Positions 10,957 through 22,600 of a stretch of 59,722 nt of DNA are shown here, piece after piece. The position numbers were made by a program, and so were the translations under genes. The stretch's first letter is position 1. Each line of letters starts with the position of its first letter. The notes under the pieces were generated by a model. That model was given only the letters and a program-made list of their open reading frames with translations. It was not told the DNA's origin and ran no database searches. Source of the stretch: a virus (taxonomy: Duplodnaviria > Heunggongvirae > Uroviricota > Caudoviricetes); the IMG/VR virus record IMGVR_UViG_3300044557_000151, positions 1 through 59,722 of that record, one strand, 5' to 3'.

Positions 10957-11673
10957 CTAAATCTTCTTTCCAGAAGCTTCCGTATTATCGAATTGAGCCC
11001 TGAATGCGTCTGCCAACGCTTCGCTTGCTTGATCGTTTGTAATAGGTTGTGTTGCTTCCGGTTGACCTTCCTCGACTTCCTCAACTGGTGCTACGGAAGC
11101 AGACACACCGCTTGCAGATTTCTCCAACTGAGCCTGTTCTTTTTCCATAAGCTTGTTGAGAGCTTCAGTATGCTCCATAACTTGTTTCAGACCGTCTCGA
11201 CCTTCCGGAGTTTGAGATGCACGCAACATCGTCTTTTTCAAAACATCCTCACCAGCCGCCTGAATTCCGAGTAAGTTGTCCTGTTCATTCATCTTATTCC
11301 GCGCTTGTAAAATGGCAATTTTATATACGTCGGTCAAAATGGACTGTACGACGGCAAGTAGCTGGGTTAGGGCAACGGAAGGGTTTGCCACAACTTCGTC
11401 AACTTCTTCATCGGTCATATCTTCAGTTCCGGTGATATCGGTCAGCATTGGTGCAATCTTCCGCATGAAAATTCCGTTAGTGAAAAAGACCGTACCCCCA
11501 TCGTCTTCTCCATCTTCGGTTTGATCTAGCCGAAAGCTTTCTTGCAAGTCCAGAATTTCCTGTACCTGTTCTAGTGTTGGTTCGTATACAGTAATGAGAT
11601 CATTACCAACAGAGATGACCTCACGCACTCTCCGACTGTCTGCCGGATTAGCTAAATTTTTGAATTCTACCAA
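10957..11673 (-). CDS. Hypothetical protein, possible tail assembly chaperone
   Basis: 238 aa, acidic, TTG start with SD GGAG. It lies upstream of the recombinase/tape measure genes. Confidence 0.45.
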   Translation of the reverse strand: MVEFKNLANPADSRRVREVISVGNDLITVYEPTLEQVQEILDLQESFRLDQTEDGEDDGGTVFFTNGIFMRKIAPMLTDITGTEDMTDEEVDEVVANPSVALTQLLAVVQSILTDVYKIAILQARNKMNEQDNLLGIQAAGEDVLKKTMLRASQTPEGRDGLKQVMEHTEALNKLMEKEQAQLEKSASGVSASVAPVEEVEEGQPEATQPITNDQASEALADAFRAQFDNTEASGKKI

Positions 11674-11721
11674 TCTTGATCTCCGTTAACAAATATTTGC
11701 CCCCTGTTAACCTTATACTGC

Positions 11722-11750
11722 ATTATACCACACTATGGAAGCGATTACAA
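11722..11750 (-). promoter_or_regulatory. Sigma-A type promoter
   Basis: Minus strand reads TTGTAA-17 nt-TATAAT with an extended -10 (TGTGG-TATAAT), about 50 nt upstream of the 11673 start. Confidence 0.7.
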
Positions 11751-11765
11751 CACAATTCGACTAAA

Positions 11766-12227
11766 CTATTTGATTTTCTTTTCCTCTTGCTCTTCAAGCA
11801 TCTTAAGAACCGCAAGACGCTTCATTAGAAAATGCGGAACTGGGACTCCCATTCGTTGACAGTTCTCTAATAGACTTGTAATTTCATTGAAGACCCACAG
11901 TAACAATACCACGCCTTCAACTGGGGCTCCAGCCCATGGCATTAATCGATCAAGGAAGTGAGCAACGATAATGACTAACCACATTGCTCCTTTTTTGCGT
12001 AGTCCCATCGAGAAGCTGGAAGAACTAACATTGAATTTCTTACCAGCAGCCCATGTCCCTGTTAGAATGTCTGCAAAGTTCATGAATAACAACGCCGTCA
12101 TTACCCATGTCCAGTTACCGAATAGGAAACCCACAAAAGCTCCCAAAAGACCTAAAAATAGATTAAATGTTTGATCGCCTGTCACAGCGGTCGAATATCT
12201 GACAGTGCCAGAAATGAAGTTTTGCAT
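11766..12227 (-). CDS. Holin (toxin secretion/phage lysis holin type)
   Basis: Transmembrane segments plus family motifs (DILTG...GLRKKG...NEITSLLEN...GVPVP.FL) and a basic C-terminus. Confidence 0.85.
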   Translation of the reverse strand: MQNFISGTVRYSTAVTGDQTFNLFLGLLGAFVGFLFGNWTWVMTALLFMNFADILTGTWAAGKKFNVSSSSFSMGLRKKGAMWLVIIVAHFLDRLMPWAGAPVEGVVLLLWVFNEITSLLENCQRMGVPVPHFLMKRLAVLKMLEEQEEKKIK

Positions 12228-12269
12228 AACCTCACGCGCCTTTTCGTGTTATACCCCATTTCCCTACCA

Positions 12270-12737
12270 TTAGTAAATGGAATCATTCTTAGCATCGGCT
12301 TCATCCTTGGTTTCTACTTCTGGATTGTCGTCCTTTAGACCCACCGTTGGCGAAATAATCGATCTATTTAAAGCGTCATTCGCCTCTTTTGTAGCAATGT
12401 CGATTACCTGTTTCATCGTTTCGTTATCTACCACATCACCAATAGTATCGTTGGCGTTCTTCGAAAACGTCTTCCATAATCCCTGAATGGCATCGAACGC
12501 ACCAGACGCTGTTCCGCCGATTAGTAAGCCAGCAACTGCGCCACCAACGTAGTTTGAATCACCATACTTAACAACAACACCAATGCCGACGACCGTACCA
12601 ATCAATAGAGATAGCCAAGGTAGCCACGCCTTGGGAACGCCTTTAAACTTTAAAAACTGAATCACTGCTCCAATGCAAGTCGTAGCAGTTGCCAATTCTG
12701 CCGCCGACACAATATTCAAGCTTTCTAAAACTTCCAT
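12270..12737 (-). CDS. Second holin-like membrane protein
   Basis: Start reassigned to ATG 12737 (SD GAGGAG). It has hydrophobic helices, the motif WLPWLSLLIG...GLLIGGTASGAFD, and an acidic C-terminal tail. Confidence 0.7.
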   Translation of the reverse strand: MEVLESLNIVSAAELATATTCIGAVIQFLKFKGVPKAWLPWLSLLIGTVVGIGVVVKYGDSNYVGGAVAGLLIGGTASGAFDAIQGLWKTFSKNANDTIGDVVDNETMKQVIDIATKEANDALNRSIISPTVGLKDDNPEVETKDEADAKNDSIY

Positions 12738-12806
12738 TTTACCTACTCCTCTCAATTTATCATATTCGAATATGTATATGTATGGGTGGTTTCCCACCCG
12801 ATGAAG

Positions 12807-13055
12807 CTAGGCTGTTGCACCCGCCTCTTCTTTTCCATCGAACCAACCGGCGATAATCTTCCGACCGATTGCTTCGATTTGCTTCCGATTCAAATCATCG
12901 AAGGTAACACCTTCATCCAAATCGCTTTCAACGATTACCGTAGTGGCGGACAAGCTGTTGCCGTCACCAGGGTAGTTTTCAAACGATACCGGAATACCAG
13001 TAGTATTGCCATTACCATCAGTGTTGAAATTTGCACCTTTAAACATTGCTTTCAT
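12807..13055 (-). CDS. Hypothetical protein
   Basis: 82-aa ORF with SD AGGAG, contiguous in the late operon. Confidence 0.6.
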   Translation of the reverse strand: MKAMFKGANFNTDGNGNTTGIPVSFENYPGDGNSLSATTVIVESDLDEGVTFDDLNRKQIEAIGRKIIAGWFDGKEEAGATA

Positions 13056-13058
13056 AAT

Positions 13059-13184
13059 TTAAGACTCCTTTTTAAATTGTTTTCCTGTAATTTGTTCATA
13101 CTGTTCGGATGTAATTGCACCCGCCTCGACAAAAGGAATCAGGTCGATCCCTTGTGAGTTAAATAATTCACATTTTTCATACAC
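13059..13184 (-). CDS. XkdX-family small tail protein
   Basis: GTG start at 13184 with SD GGAG, 41 aa, ending GAITSEQYEQITGKQF (XkdX-type signature). The longer track ORF start is unlikely. Confidence 0.75.
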   Translation of the reverse strand: MYEKCELFNSQGIDLIPFVEAGAITSEQYEQITGKQFKKES

Positions 13185-13185
13185 T

Positions 13186-13608
13186 TTACTTTTCTCCCAA
13201 CGCTGCGATCTGTTGCTGTAGTTGATATACTTGAAGCGTGAGGTCGGCGACGTTTTGCTGTTCCGTGGTTGGTACCGGTTTACTAAATTCATCGATCTTA
13301 TCCTGATCGACGATTACGTGGTTGTTGATGATTTTCGAGGCCCTAACCACAATTTGATCCAATAATTCAACAGACATCCATTGAGATCCATTAACGTTCG
13401 TTTCCCATGCGTCAATATACCCGTCTGAATCAATGGTCATATTGACTTTGTAACTGATATTGCCGTCAGTATCGATTCTCGTACACCCAGGAATAATCTT
13501 CGAAAGGGTTAGTTGAGCAACATCAATATTGTTTGGTGAATTCAGAGTCCCTCGTTGCACTCTGATAATGACACCAGATTGGTCCTTGATTAAATTTACT
13601 TTTACCAT
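13186..13608 (-). CDS. Tail fibre-associated/chaperone protein
   Basis: 140 aa between the tail fibre and XkdX genes, with a C-terminal coiled coil (PTTEQQNVADLTLQV). Confidence 0.55.
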   Translation of the reverse strand: MVKVNLIKDQSGVIIRVQRGTLNSPNNIDVAQLTLSKIIPGCTRIDTDGNISYKVNMTIDSDGYIDAWETNVNGSQWMSVELLDQIVVRASKIINNHVIVDQDKIDEFSKPVPTTEQQNVADLTLQVYQLQQQIAALGEK

Positions 13609-16600
13609 GCGTATACCTCTGTTAGCACCTCGTTACTCCGATTTGTTTGCTGCGCATTCATTGCATTCCCATGGATGGTGTCATCAAATATATATATATA
13701 CTTCGAACTTGGGGCGTTGCCATAATTTAATAATGGCAGCGGCCAGCCAGCGCCGTTAGCTGCTGCAACTACAGCCTTGTGCACGAACACGTTTCTAACA
13801 CCTGTTCCTGTGATTGCTCTTTTTGTCGAGTCCCATTCTTTCCACACGAGCACATAGCCATTGAGACAGTTACTGATTCTCACTGAGGGGGTTATGATTT
13901 GCTTATCGTGCATCAATTGTGCGCCTTTCCATAGACAGGTTCCACTGAGATTCATCTGAGATAGATCGCTTGCACGCAATACTCCGGTAGTCGTTTTCCC
14001 ATTCTCATGTATCATTACGTTCAGGCCACCCGGCGAGATATTTGCCGTCTGAATATCACTGCTAGGCATAGCCGGATCGCCCTTATAGGTTGCCGACATC
14101 ATACCTTGCGCAACTTGAATGTGAGAATAGTAGGTTTGACCTTCTGGGTCAGCAACGGGCGAATTACTCATCAAGTCGTTCTTGTAATCAATATATAAGC
14201 CGCCGTTTTTAAACTGGGCAACACCTGTATTTACGCCATAGCTACCTAATGACGGATCGGCCTCAGCTTCTTCTTTGGTTACAACTTTTGAATATGGTGA
14301 TTTGATAACCGATCCACTGATATTCGCCCCAGTGATGTCAACCGCATTAATCGTACCGGCAATCAGCTTCCCATCGATCACAACTTTTGCCGCACTCATG
14401 TTGATCACGCCATTTGCATCAACGCTAATACCTGTCATAATACCGTTTTTCTTCGCGAACACACTCCAGTTGTTAGCAGTTTGAGTAACTTTGATCTTCG
14501 CATCACTAGCATCTTTGGCGGCTTGAGTGGCGTCCTTAGCAGCCTGACTAGCGTTGTCAGCAGCACTCTTTGCGCTTGAGGCAGACGCATTTGCGCTATT
14601 GTTGGCGGCAGCAGCATTCGTAGCTGCTTTACCTGCATTATCACTAGCCGCCTTAGCATTCATACTTGCAGAACTAGCATTATCTGCCGCACTTTTAGCA
14701 CTAGTGGCCGCTGCACTGGCACTATCGCTTGCAGCCTTAGAATCTGATGCCGCTTTTGAAGCCTGACTATTCGCCCGATTTGCTTGTGCAATTGCAGCAT
14801 CAATATCAGCCTGGAAATCTTCGGGAGCTTCATTCCACGAAATGGCTTGTGCCCCTTCGTTCACCATGACTTCTCGAACGATAGCCGTATAATTGGTGGC
14901 AACACCTTTATTCAACTGTAGAATTGGTCCAAGATATGAATAACTCTTTGCCGCGAATCCTTTTGGCGTTGTAAAGTGAATCTCTACTTTGTGTTGTTCT
15001 CCGCTTTTCCATGACACAGTTGCCGCACTAGGGGTATCTACCGAAAAGACGCCAGAGGCAACCGCTATACCATCGATCGTTACCGAAATCCCGGTTACAT
15101 CATTCCATGGGTTGTAAACAAGAACTTTGGTAGCTTGCGAATCAACGGTAAACGAAATGGTGTAGGTGGTTTCGTCTTTCAGTCCTGAGTGTGTTGCAAC
15201 GTAAATACCACCGTCAGTACCACTCTTCCGAGTGACTAGTACCGATCCCAACGAATTCCATGATGACAAATCAACAGTCGTTGAACCTGGTTCGTAGGTA
15301 GTAATCGACGCCTTTGGCATCAGGTTGCGGCCACCAGACGAGACCGTACTAGTAATTCGATCAGCCGTTTGTAGGAACTCGGAATAATGACTGGAGACCG
15401 TATCAGATAATGATTTGATATCACCATCGTTAGCGATACGTTTCCATGAAGTCCAAGAATATCCGTTCCAGATTCGTTGATATTGCCCGGCGTTGCTATC
15501 ATCTTTTTGATAGGTCTGGATAATTCTATTTGAAGTTGATGTCGCATCGACGATCAAATATCCATACCCGCCAGCGGGCGCATTAGTCAAACTGGTCGTG
15601 TTGAAGAACCACTTACCAGTCGTCTTGTAATTATTGAAATCAGCGGCCGTAGATACCGCTTGCCAGGTTGTTCTCGAATTAGTCTCCGTTAACTGACTCT
15701 TAAACGTTTCATCGGTTGATTCCAACACGCCAACACGTTTAGTCACATCAGTTATCTTTGTATCAACTTGTGTAACTTTGGTGTTGGCCGCGTCTGCTGT
15801 AGACTGAGCTTTGTTCGCATCAGTCTGCGCTTTGGCCGCATTCGTCGTAGCTGTGTTGGCTTGCGTTTGAGCTTTATTAACCGTTTCAACGGTTGCATTG
15901 CGAGTGATTCTTAATCCAGCCGCACGCCCATAACCCATATCGCTACCACTTGTTCCATTAAGCTGTAACCACGGTTGGATTTTTACGATATTTGCGGGAA
16001 TCGTAATATCCTCCTCGTGAAATTTCAGAGAATCTTTTGCGGAGTGGGAAAATGCCGTACTCCATCCTGCCGCTTCGTTATTAGCCTTTTGCATTACCAT
16101 ACCGAAAGCAACACCTACGGTCGAGTAATAGCCAGATAGCCAGCCTTCGAAATGCAACACTTCGCCAGGAGTTACCGAGATCCAATTGTCTTGTTCAACC
16201 GTGTCACGGGCAGTGAAGTTCATCAACCCGCTATGTCCATTAATTGGAATTGCAGTTGGATCTTGAGTTACCGAAACCCCAGTTCCTAGCTTAGATGAGG
16301 AACTCCAGTTGCTGGTCTTGCCATCATCAAACCAAGACGTCAAGACTAAGTTGTCGCGCGCATTCGCTAATAGGTTGGCATTATCCGCTGTACTCTGAGC
16401 AGTTGTAGCTGTCTTGTTTGCACTGTCAGCCGTGCTTTTTGCAGTGTTGGCCGTACTTAGCGCTGAACTAGCATTCGTCGCTGCGCTTCCCGCAGTATTC
16501 TTGGCATCCGTTGCAGTCTTATTGGCATTATCAGCCGCTGTTTTAGCTGAGCTTGCATTACTATTGGCGGTAGATGCAGTGGAATTTGCTGTTGTAGCCG

Positions 16601-19600
16601 TTGACTTAGCCTCACCTGCGGCCTTGTTGGCCGCGTCTGCTGTAGACTTGGCAGTGTTGGCAGTGTTTGTTGCGGAAGTAGCAGTGCTTGTTGCGGTAGT
16701 AGCCTTCTTGTCAACCGTGTCGATTTCGGCTTGGACATCTTCAGGTGCTGGTGCATATTCAGCCGCCTGCGTGCCCTCGTTAATCATCCAATTCCGGATT
16801 TCAACTGTCCAATTAGCACGATCATCAGTACCTGTTCGTTCAGGTTGAATGAAGAAACCTAGTGGGGTGTATGCCTTTGAAAAATCATCTACAGTGGTGA
16901 AGCCAACTTCAATATGATATGGCTTGTGAGTGCCAAACTGAACGTCCGAAACCCCGTCACGCCATTGCCGACTACTTAGAGCCCCATCAACTTTGACGAA
17001 GTCAGAGGATGCATTTATAAATGCACCTGAATGGCCGCCGGGCCGTGTAGTACCTTCTCCAGTTAAATAAGTCAGGTCAAAGCTCATAACATAAGACGTT
17101 GACGGTTTGATACTGTCGCTCCATGCGTAAACACCACCACTAGTGTCACCTTTAATGGCAGCTCCAAGAAAACTAGAATCTCCTGAGGAAGATGCATTCC
17201 CCCACGTCTTGATATTCTTCGATACCACATAGTTTCTCGCGGTAAAATTCAGTCCATCAATCCTGGTTTGCGTTTCGGTGATCGTACCCTTAACAGTGGT
17301 AACTTCATTAGTTAGACTGCTGGTGGTATTCTTCAAGCCTTTCGCATCAACTTCTAAAGAGTTCAAGCGAGAAGTTGCTGATGTCATCTGTGTCGTCAAA
17401 TCAGTTGTGGTCTTGTTAATCGTTATGATATCCGCATTAGCTTTGTCTGCGCCTTTTTGCGCATTAACAGCTTTTCCATCAGCTGCCTTAGCATTATTGA
17501 TCCCAGTTGTGGCATCAGTTTGTGCCTTGGCGGCGTTAGTCGTTGCGGTGTTAGCTTGCGTCTGGGCTTTGTCAGCGGAAGCTTGTGCTTTAGAAGCTGA
17601 ACCTGCCACGGTATCGATTGATGATTGGACATCTTCGGGAGCGGGACTCCAATCGGAGATTTTGTTTCCCTTGACGACAGAGAATTCTTTGAACCTGGTT
17701 GAACCAGTTGCAAAGTTATCGTGCCGCAGACTTACATTCCATTTTGTATTCTTCAGATGATTGGGCGTTGCTTTGAACGTACATGTTATCTCATGTTGTC
17801 CAGAGCCTGTCGGTATAACGTAACCTGTGCTCGGAAATGCGCCATCTGCCCAGCCGCTTACATCACCAACACCTTGAATTATGGCGCGGGCAGCCAACCC
17901 GTCAGGCGACGTAACATTCTCATAGTCGAGAACTAGGCGGTAAGTCACGTAATCATCCACGGAAAGTCCATCGGTCAACACGATTGTAACCGGCGTTAAC
18001 TGGTTTGTCGTATTTGGATTCGGAGTGTATGACTCTGACCACTCATTACTTGTGCCTTGGGCAAGATTACGTCCACCCACCTGCAAATTATCGATACTCT
18101 TCTGAGCATTGTCTGCCGCAGTTTGTGCTTTCCCAATCGCCGTATTAGCATTTGCAACCTTCGTCTGCACATCAGTCACACTCGACTTGACGGTTGCTAC
18201 TTCATTGGTCGTATTCCCGATTTGCACCTTGAATGAGTCAGCTGTCTGTTCAACCGTACTCAACCTGTTATCCGTGGTCTTCTTGTACCCGTCCAGGTTA
18301 GTCTGTACCGTGGCGATATCGCCCGACACATCAAGTGGTGCTGGAGACCAATCAGTTGCAATGGTGCCACGTTCAACCTTGATCTTAATAGATTCATCGA
18401 TTTCGCCATTGCTCGGCCCTTGAATGAACGCGAGCCTAACGGATGCTGCATTTGCTGGAACAGTAACTGTAAATCGCTGAACTGGTTCTCCAGTTAACAA
18501 ATCTATCTGAATCAATGGTAGTAATAGCTTTCCGCTTGCATCATAGAATCCCCATCGGTTACTGGACAAATTATTTATGACTTTGTTAGGGTTGTAAATT
18601 GACGCTATGAGTTTTTCACCAGCAGTAACAGGCACTGTAGTTTTCATTGTGCGATGAATGGGTGCATTCGCATGGATGACAGCCTCACCATCATTTACTG
18701 ATACTCCAAAATACCCACTGACAGAATCAAGCTGTTGCCACAGGTTTGTCCCGCCCACTTGGAGATTCTCAACTGCGGATTGTGCAGCGCTCACGGTAGT
18801 TTTGATACCGTCAGCCGTTTGCTCAAGTGTTGTAATCCGTGAGGTGGCAGAGACAATGTCATTTTGCGCTTTGTCAGCGGAAGCTTGTGCTTTAGAAGCT
18901 GAACCTGCCACGGTATCGATTGATGATTGGACATCTTCGGGAGCGGGACTCCAATCGGAGATTTTGTTTCCCTTGACGACAGAGAATTCTTTGAACCTGG
19001 TTGAACCAGTTGCAAAGTTATCGTGCCGCAGACTTACATTCCATTTTGTATTCTTCAGATGATTGGGCGTTGCTTTGAACGTACATGTTATCTCATGTTG
19101 TCCAGAGCCTGTCGGTATAACGTAACCTGTGCTCGGAAATGCGCCATCTGCCCAGCCGCTTACATCACCAACACCTTGAATTATGGCGCGGGCAGCCAAC
19201 CCGTCAGGCGACGTAACATTCTCATAGTCGAGAACTAGGCGGTAAGTCACGTAATCATCCACGGAAAGTCCATCGGTCAACACGATTGTAACCGGCGTTA
19301 ACTGGTTTGTCGTATTTGGATTCGGAGTGTATGACTCTGACCACTCATTACTTGTGCCTTGGGCAAGATTACGTCCACCCACCTGCAAATTATCGATACT
19401 CTTCTGAGCATTGTCTGCCGCAGTTTGTGCTTTCCCAATCGCCGTATTAGCATTTGCAACCTTCGTCTGCACATCAGTCACACTCGACTTGACGGTTGCT
19501 ACTTCATTGGTCGTATTCCCGATTTGCACCTTGAATGAGTCAGCTGTCTGTTCAACCGTACTCAACCTGTTATCCGTGGTCTTCTTGTACCCGTCCAGGT

Positions 19601-22600
19601 TAGTCTGTACCGTGGCGATATCGCCCGACACATCAAGTGGTGCTGGAGACCAATCAGTTGCAATGGTGCCACGTTCAACCTTGATCTTAATAGATTCATC
19701 GATTTCGCCATTGCTCGGCCCTTGAATGAACGCGAGCCTAACGGATGCTGCATTTGCTGGAACAGTAACTGTAAATCGCTGAACTGGTTCTCCAGTTAAC
19801 AAATCTATCTGAATCAATGGTAGTAATAGCTTTCCGCTTGCATCATAGAATCCCCATCGGTTACTGGACAAATTATTTATGACTTTGTTAGGGTTGTAAA
19901 TTGACGCTATGAGTTTTTCACCAGCAGTAACAGGCACTGTAGTTTTCATTGTGCGATGAATGGGTGCATTCGCATGGATGACAGCCTCACCATCATTTAC
20001 TGATACTCCAAAATACCCACTGACAGAATCAAGCTGTTGCCACAGGTTTGTCCCGCCCACTTGGAGATTCTCAACTGCGGATTGTGCAGCGCTCACGGTA
20101 GTTTTGATACCGTCAGCCGTTTGCTCAAGTGTTGTAATCCGTGAGGTGGCAGAGACAATGTCATTTTGCGCTTTGTCAGCAGTAGATTGTGCTTTTCCGG
20201 CCGCTGTATTGGCTACACTTGCCAGGTCGTTTGCCGACTTGACTGTGCCCTTAACTTCACCAACGCTAGTGGTAATCGAATCTGCGGTCTGTTTAATTTC
20301 ACTAAATTTCTTGGTGTAGTCATCCGACAGCGTTTTGAGGTCACTGTCATTGGCGATACGCTTCCAAGGTGACCAGGTAATCTCATTCCAGACGCGTTGA
20401 TACGTCAAGGCGTTGTCATTGTCGCGCTGAACCGTTTGAATAGTACGAGCTCCTGACAATGCGGCGTCTACCATAAGATATAACCACGGAGAGATTGGTG
20501 AATTCTTAGTCTCAATACTGAAGAACCACTTGCCGGTAGTCTTGTAATTATTGAGATCTGGGTCGGTTGCATTTTGCCACTGAATAGGCTTCACATCGGT
20601 CTGTAAATTACTTACCGTAGTCTTGAATCCTTCAGCAGTCTGTTCGAGTGTACTTACCCGCTCTGTCGTTTTGACAATTTCATCATTTGCCTTATCTGCT
20701 GCCCCTTGTGCTTTGGCAGCGGCGTCTGAAACTGATGCAATGCCGGCGTCTACATCTTCAGGTGCTGGTGCATATTCAGCCGCCTGCGTGCCCTCGTTAA
20801 TCATCCAATTCTCAATGGTGACAAGATATGGTGTCGTTGCCGTCCCTGTCCGTATCGGTTGGATGAAGAATCCGAGATCAGTGTTATTGAACGAGGTCCG
20901 CGTTTTTGCATGGACTTCGACGTGATACTTGATAGCAGTGGTTGGCTTAAAACTTGTCCCAATGTTGTTCCATCGATCACTAATTTTCTTTCCATCAACA
21001 TATACACTCGTGCTCTGGAACTGAGAATCATCGCCACCTAAATAGACCTGTCCCGCACCACCTTTTGTATAAGTGATATCAAATGACATTGTATAATCAG
21101 TATTTGTTTTAAACGTTGTACTAATCGGAACACATACACCAGTGAACATTCCAGATGGTGTAAACGTGAGCTTCTGTGAGTCCCCAGAAAAGACAATGCC
21201 TTCCCAACCTTTAATATTCTTCGATACCACATAATTTCGAGCGGTAAAATTCAGATTCTGCAAAGCTGAATTCGTGCTTTCTAGATCGGTAGTGACCTTG
21301 CTTACATTGGTTTTGATACCGTCAGCCGTTTGCTCAAGTGTGGTAAGACGGGTTGTTGCGGAGACAATGTCATTTTGCGCTTTGTCGGCAGAAGATTGAG
21401 CAGCTTTGGCTTTCCCATCGACAGTGTCGATTGAAGATTGCACATCCTCTGGCGCTGGACTCCAATCTGTTGCCTTATTGCCTTGCTCGATTTTAACTAA
21501 ATCAATGTAAAACGGTTGAATATCGTTTCCAGTGGTCCCATTGACAAAAACTGCCACCCCAGCATTAGCAACTGAGATTTCGGTCGTAAAATGATATTCA
21601 ATTTTAGTCCAAGTCTTGGCCTGTAACACAACTGGTAGGCGGCTAAGAGATGTCCAATTAGAACTATAGCTGCTGATAACCAAAGTGCGGGCCACGGTCG
21701 AGTATAACCATCCTGTTGCTGTATAAGTGCTGTTTGGCTGCGGATTACTAAATCTAACAATGACACCAGAATCATTATTTGAGATGGCCGGATCAAGCGA
21801 TACCTTAAGCGAACGACTCCCCTGATAGCTGTAGTCTACTGACGCACCACCGCGGCCACTGTTTACGTTGGCTACATTTGATATAGGATTCTCAAAGTCG
21901 CTATTAAGAACTAAATTTCGACCACCGACCTGAATAGCACCGACCAATTCTGTCCACTTGTATTGCTTTGGGTCTTTACTATCATCGACTACATAATCGG
22001 TGTACGTACCGAGATATTTCTTACCAATTGAGATAGTTGTAGAGAAGTTAGCTTTGCCATCAGAACTATCAGCCCACGCTTGGTGGAAGTAAGGCGTTTT
22101 ACCGTCAGTACCAGCTTTACCTGCTCTGCCATCCTTGCCGTCATCACCTTTAATTTGTGACCAGAGATAGGCTGTCGGGTCTAAACTATCGGCTTGGGTG
22201 AAGTCTGTGTAGGTTCCCATGTAGATAGGATGTGATTCTGATGGTGCTGGTGACCATGGAGTAGCTACACTACCTTTTTCTAATTTATACCGATGGGCGC
22301 TTAGCCAATCAGATAGTTCCCCAGCAGTACCACCTTCGTTCGTAAAATTAATAGAGAATCTAATATATGCAACATTAGATTTGCTTAACGTTTGTGTTGC
22401 TGAAGTTATAGGTTGCCAACCAAGAAATTTTTTGTCACTATCATACATTGCCAGAGTGTGATTATAAGCGCCTTTGAACACATAATCTGGCGAACTGAAT
22501 GTAAATACAGTTTCTCCATTAGTGGCTATAAAATTATCTGAATGAAAATCACCGTCACCGCCGGCAATACCACCAGCACCTCTATCAAGATACCCAGTTT

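Noticed and set aside
13759-21796. Many 60-160 aa plus-strand and alternate-frame ORFs (for example 16414..16848, 17278..17760, 18109..18423)
   Set aside because: These are shadow ORFs of the Ala/Thr-rich tail fibre gene. They lack SD sequences and simply recur with the duplication.
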